From: the human T2T-CHM13v2.0 reference genome, Homo sapiens
Assembly (NCBI RefSeq): GCF_009914755.1
Contig: NC_060927.1
Strand: one strand, 5' to 3'
Length of the DNA: 64,000 bases
Shown: positions 56,245-64,000 of the stretch, piece by piece
Numbering within the stretch: the stretch's first letter is position 1
Layout of the letters: each line of letters starts with the position of its first letter
Notes under the pieces: generated by a model
The model's database searches: none
What the model saw: only the letters and a program-made list of their open reading frames with translations
Told to the model about the DNA's origin: nothing
Position numbers and translations under genes: made by a program

Positions 56245-56445
56245 CTACCCAATTAGTAGCTACTAACCACACATGACTATTTAAATTTAAATTTAACTAG
56301 GTAAAATTTAAAATCAAGTTCATCAGTTCCAGGAACGATATATCAAGTGCTCAATAGCTCCATATGGTAATATTGTCATATTGGACAGTACCGTTCTAGA
56401 ACATTTATTTCTACTACTGCAGAAAGTTATATTGAATAGCACTAG
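56245..56445. mobile_element. MER3-family hAT MITE
   Basis: actaaccacacatgactatttaaattt..tcaagtgctcaatagc..gcagaaagttatattgaatagcact. Confidence 0.65.
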
Positions 56446-56539
56446 ATCCTTGAAGGATAAGCCCTCTCTATTTGTAAAATCTGAAACAAACTGCAAAAGC
56501 TGACTTTGGCTGATACCAAACACAGTGGAACACACTGGA

Positions 56540-57000
56540 AGGAGGGCAGATCTTGCCAACCCAAGGCTTGGGTTCTTGTCCTCACTGTTTACATCCTTTC
56601 AGTGGGCAAATCATTAGACCTCTCTGAACCTCAAGCTCTTTATCTGAAAATAGATTTGGAAATAACTACCAGGGTCCGTCCAATGTTCAAATGAGGCATG
56701 GTATAGTGAAGGGCTCTGTAAATTGCACCTGTACTAACAATAGTTGTTATCATTAATAACAGCAGCAGTTAAAATCATTTCTAGAGCCTATATAAGAACT
56801 CTGCTGTAAGAATTTTCAATGCATTAACTCATTTAATCCCCTCTAATGTACTTTGAGGCAGTTGCTATCAGTATCCCCATTTTACAAAGAAGGATATGTG
56901 GAGGCAGAGAGGTGATGTGATTTGTCCAAGGTCAGCTACCAAGTGGCAAAGCTAGAATATGAAGCCAGGTTCCCAAGTCTGCCCTCTTATAACCATCGGG
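56540..57000. mobile_element. Two MIRs in opposite (tail-to-tail) orientation
   Basis: gggcaaatcattagacctctctgaacctca (+) and ccccattttaca..gaggcagagagg..ccaaggtca (-). Confidence 0.6.
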
Positions 57001-57017
57001 CAACTCTGTCTTTCTAA

Positions 57018-57406
<389 letters not shown>

Positions 57407-57984
57407 TCATTCATATTTTGTATGCACACTCTAGTTACAACCTTGTCTTTTGGTCTTCCTCTATTAACATGTTTCCCTTATATGTATATATTTTTGTACA
57501 TGGGTATGAGAAACAACCAGAACCTTATCAGACATGAAAACACTTGACATCCAAACAAGAAGCAGGCCTGTTCATCCTACAATATTATGCAAAGTAGCAA
57601 TCAGCAAACAGATCCTGCTTGAGAAAACCTGACAACCCAAGTTAGTAAAATCACTTTCCAAAGTATTTTCAATCTAATAAGTAATTTCAGACATCATTGG
57701 TTCTCCCAATCAATGGCCATTTCTATAATAGACGAAAGGAACTGAAAAAATTAAAAAAAATCAGGGACAGGACTCTGGAGAGCATCCCAGCACCCTCCCT
57801 CTTCTTGTTAACATTTATCTGTCCTGTAACAATGGCAGGCACAGTGCTAGCCAATGCTTTTACTCAACCAATGTCTTCCTTCCTAGCATCTCTTGGTAGT
57901 CAGAAGCTGGAGCAAAGGGTCGCCCACCCACCTAGAAAACAGGAGCTTCAGCATAGGCTATAAAGCAACTGCCAGCCTCGAGAA

Positions 57985-58590
57985 TGGGATTCTGAACCTG
58001 GGGTCCTTGCACAGAATCAGGGGTCCATAAACCGGGATGAGAAAAAAAAATGACATCTTAATATTTATGAGCCTCTATTTGAAATTCATCTGTTCCTTCA
58101 ATTATAAACGTCAGCAACAAACCATTTAGCAGTTCCTATGACTTGGCCGCAAATAGAAATCATAGGTACTTTCAAATCTCATTAAAGTTTATCAGCAAGA
58201 CCTCAAAATGTGTGTCCATCAACAACCTCATAATTATATGTAGTTAACAGGCTTGCTTGAAGATCATGTTGTTAAATGAATACAGAAGCACACATATTCT
58301 ATATCATAAAATGTTTTAATGTTTTGATCACTACATTTCCATATAATGGCTTCCTTTGAAAGCCAGTGAATTTTGTTTAATGTGGGTTTTTTAAACTTTC
58401 ATTTTAGGTTCAGAGGTGTATGCACAGGTTTGTTATATAAGTGGATTGTGTGTCACAGGGGTTTGATGTACAGATTATTTCATCACCCTGTTTTATGTGT
58501 TTTTAAAACATTATTATGAGACAGGATCCACTGGCTTCATCAAACTCCCAAAGGGACCGATGGCACAGAAAAGGTTCAGGACTCTCCATC
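57985..58590. mobile_element. hAT-Charlie-like DNA transposon relic containing a ~100-bp antisense L1PA 3' end (~58385-58490)
   Basis: gggattctgaacctggggtcc..aaaaggttcaggactc termini. Inner ttttaggttcagaggtgtatgcacaggtttgttat is flanked by tgttt[a/t]atgtg repeats. Confidence 0.55.
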
Positions 58591-59888
58591 CTCGGAGGTG
58601 ACAAAACTATACCTTTGATGCGCAATATCACAGCTGCCTCCTCCCTCTTTCCTCCTTTCCATCCCATGTGAGCCTAACCTATAACCCATTAATCCTTCCA
58701 GAAGTTGGAAAGAAAACTGACAGATGATGCAATGACTTCTGTATAAGGCATACACCAGTCACAAAAGCACCAGAAAACTGTTGCAGAATGGTTTTTAGAA
58801 AGTTAAAAAAAAAAAAAAACAATTTGCCATGTATAGAAAGCTCCATCGTTTCAAGTGCCTCTTGCAACCACTATCCTATAATGTATTCCAACTTGCTACT
58901 GTAGAAATGGCCTCATTATCCCCACAGAGGTCCTTCAGAAAGCCTATTTCAAAGCAAGCACCTCTGAAAGTTAGCCCACAATCTAAAAGCCTGTGCTATA
59001 AATACACATGCCCTGGGAAAGCAACAGCAAGCTTGATTCCATGATTGCATCTTTAAGAAGGAAACCGGGAGAGCCATAGGCTAGCGAGTTGCTCAGTAAA
59101 CAGCTGTGAGAAAAAGGAGATGACGTTTCTAAGATATTTAGGATGACAGGTGTCAGAAGTCCACAGACAAAGAGATCTTTGTCATTATGAAAGATAAAAT
59201 GCGTAAGCAGGCAAATAATAGTAAAGAGGTTCATAAAAGTTTCCCAATTTATATTGCAAGTGTCTACGCAGGCTATGACAAAGGACAGGCAACAATGAAG
59301 TGAAATTATCAATATGAATGGGGTCTTAGGGTAGGTTTTCCCCAAAGCAGAGCCTGGGACAAGGACTTAACAGAAGAATGCATGATCAAGACTGCTGATA
59401 TGAGCAACGGAAGCTGGATGCCACCAGGGGCTCCCAAGAAGCATAGAGATGCTCCCAGAATCATCCACCGAAGGACAGGAGGTGAGGCCATTTATTTATC
59501 AACTCCTCACTTCTGCTGACTCAGGGGCATTAACTTCCAGGTTAATGGCAGTTAACTCATGGGCTACTTTTGCTGGTCCACCAGTGCCCTGGGGAATGCC
59601 CAGTGAGGAAGGTGGCAAGAGAATTGGTGAATGCTAGGGATGGGAACTGGCCTTGCAGCTGTGGCCAAAATCAGTGGAGGCTGAGGAGATGTAACATGAG
59701 GTAACACAGGTGGCTGCTACCCATAACCAAATGCGGAATGTAAGCTTTTTTTCCTCTATAGCAGCTCCCCCTGCATTACATTTTAAAATCCATCCACTCT
59801 CCAAACATTTTTGAGCCCCAGCTATGTGCTACACACTACCTCCAGACACTGGGACAGCTCAATGACCAAGCCAGGCAAGATTTCTGCC

Positions 59889-60203
59889 TTTTTTTTTTTT
59901 TTTTTTTTTGTGAGACAGTCTTGCTCTGTCGCCAGGCTAGAGTGCAAGTGGTGCGATCTCGGCTCACTGCAACCTCCGCCTCCCGCCTCCTGCCTCCCAG
60001 GTTAAAGCAATTCTCCTGCCTCAGCTTCCCAAGTAGTTGGAACTACTGGCGCTTGCCACTACACCTAGCTAAGTTTTTGTATTTTAGTAGAGATGGGGTT
60101 TCACCACGTTGGCCAGGATGGTATCGATCTCCTGACCTCATGATCCGTCCGCCTCGGCCTCCCAAAGTATTTGGATTACAGGTGTGAGCCACTGCGCCCG
60201 GCC
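59889..60203 (-). mobile_element. AluSc-like element inserted in an L2 fragment (~59790-60460)
   Basis: tgtcgccagg, gccaggatggt and acctcatgatc diagnostics; internal cgcctcc slippage triplication. Confidence 0.9.
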
Positions 60204-61114
60204 GGTCTCTGCTTTCATACTCCTTAAATTCATAAAAAATTAATATGTCAGATACTGATTTTAAAATTAGATCAAAGAAAGAGTGATGAGGAAAGGGAAA
60301 CACACAGAGAAGATAATTTAGCAAGGGGAGTCAGGGATTGTCATTTTCAGTTGGAGCCTAAATGACAAGGAGGAGACAGACCAGGGACATGTGGAAGAAA
60401 AGCATTTAAGCAGTGGGAACAGCATGTTCAAAGGCCCTGAGGTGTAAAGATCACTAGTCAGTGCGATCTCCCACAAGGTAGGGAGAAGGGAACATCTGTT
60501 ATAATCAGGAGTTCTCATTGGTCAGGGGGTAAACGTACCATGGAAATTTATTTTCAGATGGTGATAAGATCTGTACAAGAAACAGGGTCCTCTCCTGGAG
60601 CAGGCTTCCAAGCAAGCCAAAGCTTTTGTTGCTTTCTTTGTTTCTTGCTAAACTGCCATCCACGGATCACTGAACGTGAAGTTTCACTGTGTTAACTGGG
60701 CCTAAACCGAAGTGAAAATCCCAAACTGCCTGAGTCCCAGGGCATTTGGGAAAGGTAAAAGCAAAAGTAAACAATAAAGTAAATTCCCATCTGAGGAAGA
60801 AAAGGAGCAAGTGGGAATGCATAGACATGAAGTGAAATAATGTTGTATGTACACAGCAGGTCAGATGTGGAAGTAGGATGTGGAGTAGACATTCTTCAAA
60901 GGAACAAGTGTCGTTCCTCAAAATGGCAAAGCTGGCACTGCCTCTCTGTCTCTTGTTCATGTCCTGGGCGATGATACATTGATTGGCATAACAGAAAATC
61001 AGGTATTGATTACACATGTCCCTCCCTGGGCATTAGAATTGAAGACCTTGCCAGTTGACTGCTTTTTAATTTCAATTATTCGGGGTCTTTTACTCTTGAG
61101 GGACTCAGTATGCA

Positions 61115-61350
61115 AATAATAATAGCTACTATGAGACAGCTTTTATTTAGCACTAACGATGTACCAAATACTATGTTGAAAACTTGTTTACATTAGTTCA
61201 TTTGAATCTTGCAACAGCCTTCTGAGACAGGGACTCCCTAAGAGACAGAAAGGTTAATAATTTGGGAAAGGTTGCAAAACTGATAGGTAGGTAAGCTGGG
61301 ATTTAAACCTGTGAGGGTCTGGCTCCAGAGTCCTTCTCTTATCAACAGCT
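61115..61350 (-). mobile_element. MIR
   Basis: aataataatagctact..ttcatttgaatcttgcaacagcc..gctgggatttaaacct. Confidence 0.7.
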
Positions 61351-61483
61351 CTAGGACTTTGTTAAATCAGTGTCAACCAGAGAGTGGACTTTCCAAGGCG
61401 CTGGTGTTTTAAAGGTGCTGCCTTTAAAACTTGCCTGTATGTAGACAGCACCCTTTATCTTGTACAGAACTCACTGTCATCTG

Positions 61484-61791
<308 letters not shown>

Positions 61792-62569
61792 GCCAGGGGT
61801 GGAAGGGGAGAAAGAACTCATTGCTGTCTAAAAACCAGTTTCCATGGTACATTACACCCATCATGAAAAGGTTTCAATAACGTGATTTTAGCCAAGAGGG
61901 AGGGAAGCAAAAAAGCAAGGGAGAGAAGATTTGGAGAAATTGATTCTCTGCTAATATCCAAAGTAGCCACAGAAATTAATGCTTGTTGTCCAAAGAGAAG
62001 GTGGAGGCAAAGATATGCACCAACTGTCATTCTCAGTAGAATAGCTTTGTTTCTAGCCAGCTCTTTAAAGTCCCCTGCTTTGGAGAATGCCTGGATCCTC
62101 ATATGAAAACTCTTCAGCTGCTGATACAAGTGTCAGGAAGGCAAAAGGCTAGAATGAGCTGAACCCGGCAGAAAATGCAAAGAGCTACAAAAGGGCTATT
62201 TTTGTTATGCTCAGGGCAAGGAGAACAACAAGACGACATAGCTCTGACGCCTGGAGAGGGTGTTGTGATACTAACAGTGACAGCAAGTGCAGTTACTCAG
62301 CCTCCAGTCTGCATCTGTGTTCCCTCAAGATAGAGGAGATGCTTTCCATACAGGGGAGAGGGGACACTGTTTCAGGGAAGTGAGATCCAAAATAAGGTAC
62401 CACGATTGTCAGAGTGCCTGCCCTCTCTAAATAAGTCTGAGGCTCCTGGCCCTGATGAATTAAAGCCCAGGCTACTCATGGCATGAAGTCTGAAGTAGCC
62501 ACAACATCGATGGTAAACTCTAAAGAATCCAGGAGAATAGGAGATGTACCAGCGAATAAAAAGGAATAA

Positions 62570-63665
62570 AAATACAAGTTGTGCCAATCACATATCAGTA
62601 AGCATCATGCCAATCCCAGACAGACTGCTGTAATGCATTATTAACAAGGGGGACAGGGTGAACACTCAATGCAGCAACGATTACTTGGAATCAGCATGGA
62701 TTCGCTAAAAATAATTCATACCAGTCAATGCTCATTCCATTTTTTCATACTCACTGAAGCTGGTGATCAAGAGATTACTATGGTTATAAAATCTGGAATT
62801 CAGCAAGGCATTCTGACTAGGTTTTTCATATAACTGACTCCAATGCAAAAATATTTTAAAATGTAGGCTGGACGTAATGAAAATAGGTAGACTAAATAAC
62901 CCTCTAAAAGTACTGATTAACCATATCTACATCAATTTAGAATGTCCCTCTTAGAGACTCCCTAAGAGACACAGAGGTTAACATTTTGGGAAAGGTTACA
63001 AAGCTGATAAGTAGGGAAGCTGGGATTTAAACCTGTGAGGGTCTGCCTCCAGAGTCCTTCTCTTAACAACAGCTCTACGGCTTTGTTAAATCAGCCCTAA
63101 TCTCTAGTGGGAAGCCACGAGGCTCTATCCAGAGCCTGTCCTATTCACGTTCTTATCAACAACTCAGATGGCGATATTGCCATCATTCCACTAAATTTGG
63201 GAATGACCTGAAGCTAAGAAGGGAAACAGCCACTCTAAAAAATCAGAAGCAAAAGTGAAAAAAAAAAAATATCCATCAAGGTGCCCAATTCACAGAAAGT
63301 AAGATGGAATTCTCCAGAGGTAAATGCAAAACATTAAGCATGAGTTTAAAACTATAAGTGGACAAACAGTGGAGAGAAGAAACACTGCTCTCCGCATGGA
63401 AAAGGACTGCACATAGAATGTCTTGATGGTAAATTCAAGATGAGTAAGTCATACAATATGGTTGGTAAAAACATTCATCTTATGTTTCATTAACAAAAGT
63501 ATACTACTCAAAAGTACAGAAGGGCTAGTTCAGTTATACTCCGAAGTAGCTAGACCAGAATCAACAATATCCTATTTTTCAGTTCCATTTAATAAGCATG
63601 ACAACGATCCAGGGTTCATTCAGCATCCATGGCCCAGATGGTCAAAAAGCCAGACCAGCCCCATC
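62570..63665 (+). mobile_element. L3/CR1 RT-region relic
   Basis: cagcatggattcgctaaaaataa (QHGF motif), gaattcagcaaggcatt (DFSKAF-like), tctctagtgggaagccacgaggctct (SGVPQGS-like). Confidence 0.65.
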
Positions 63666-63667
63666 TG

Positions 63668-63865
63668 ACAGCGCTTCCCACCACAATGAAACATTCTCTA
63701 TCTCCAATGCAGTAGTCACTACCCACATGTAGCTACTGAGCTCCTGATATGTAACTACTGTAGCTGAGGAACTGAATTTTTAGTTTTGTTTAATTCTAAT
63801 TCATTTAAATTTATGTATCTGCTTGTAGCTTGGGGCTACCAAGTCGGGCTGCACAGCTCTAGACA
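63668..63865. mobile_element. MER3-family hAT MITE
   Basis: aatgaaacattctctatct..ccacatgtagctactgagc..gaggaactgaatttttagtttt. Confidence 0.7.
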
Positions 63866-64000
63866 ACGCCATATGCCAAATGGTGGAAGTAACTCAAAGG
63901 ATGGCAAACCCCCCAAAAATAAAAGGGATTTGGGGACAAAATGACAACAGAATTTAGTATCTGAAGTTCTGTCTTGTGGAAGAGGAATTAGAAATACTGT

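Overview
Primate (human-like) genomic DNA, not microbial. The window lies inside the neuronal secreted-protein gene TAFA4 (FAM19A4) on the minus strand. Two exons are visible: 39925-40060 (122 nt 5'UTR plus ATG AGG TCC CCA AG) and 35480-35595. Spliced, they read MRSPRMRVCAKSVLLSHWLFLAYVLMVCCKLMSASSQHLRGHAG, which I recognise as the TAFA4 N-terminus and signal peptide. Everything else is intron, heavily filled with transposon relics: a 5'-end L1PA, a near full-length L1MA with nested FAM/THE1/L1PA insertions, two twin-primed L1s, about 14 Alu/monomer copies, a complete MST (MaLR) provirus, MLT1/LTR33 LTRs, L2, L3, MIR and hAT MITEs. A tailless 5S rRNA retropseudogene sits in intron 2. The ORF track is essentially repeat-derived or spurious and misses the real split CDS. 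I cannot support a new biological system here. The best second-look items are: two ~91%-identical local templated duplications (one brackets the start-codon exon), several fold-back micro-rearrangements, two uORFs with a weak first ATG, a sense-oriented MaLR provirus with a duplicated splice donor upstream of exon 2, a possible 252-nt exon 2-3 circRNA, and a candidate recursive splice site. Repeat subfamily names and boundaries are by eye and approximate.
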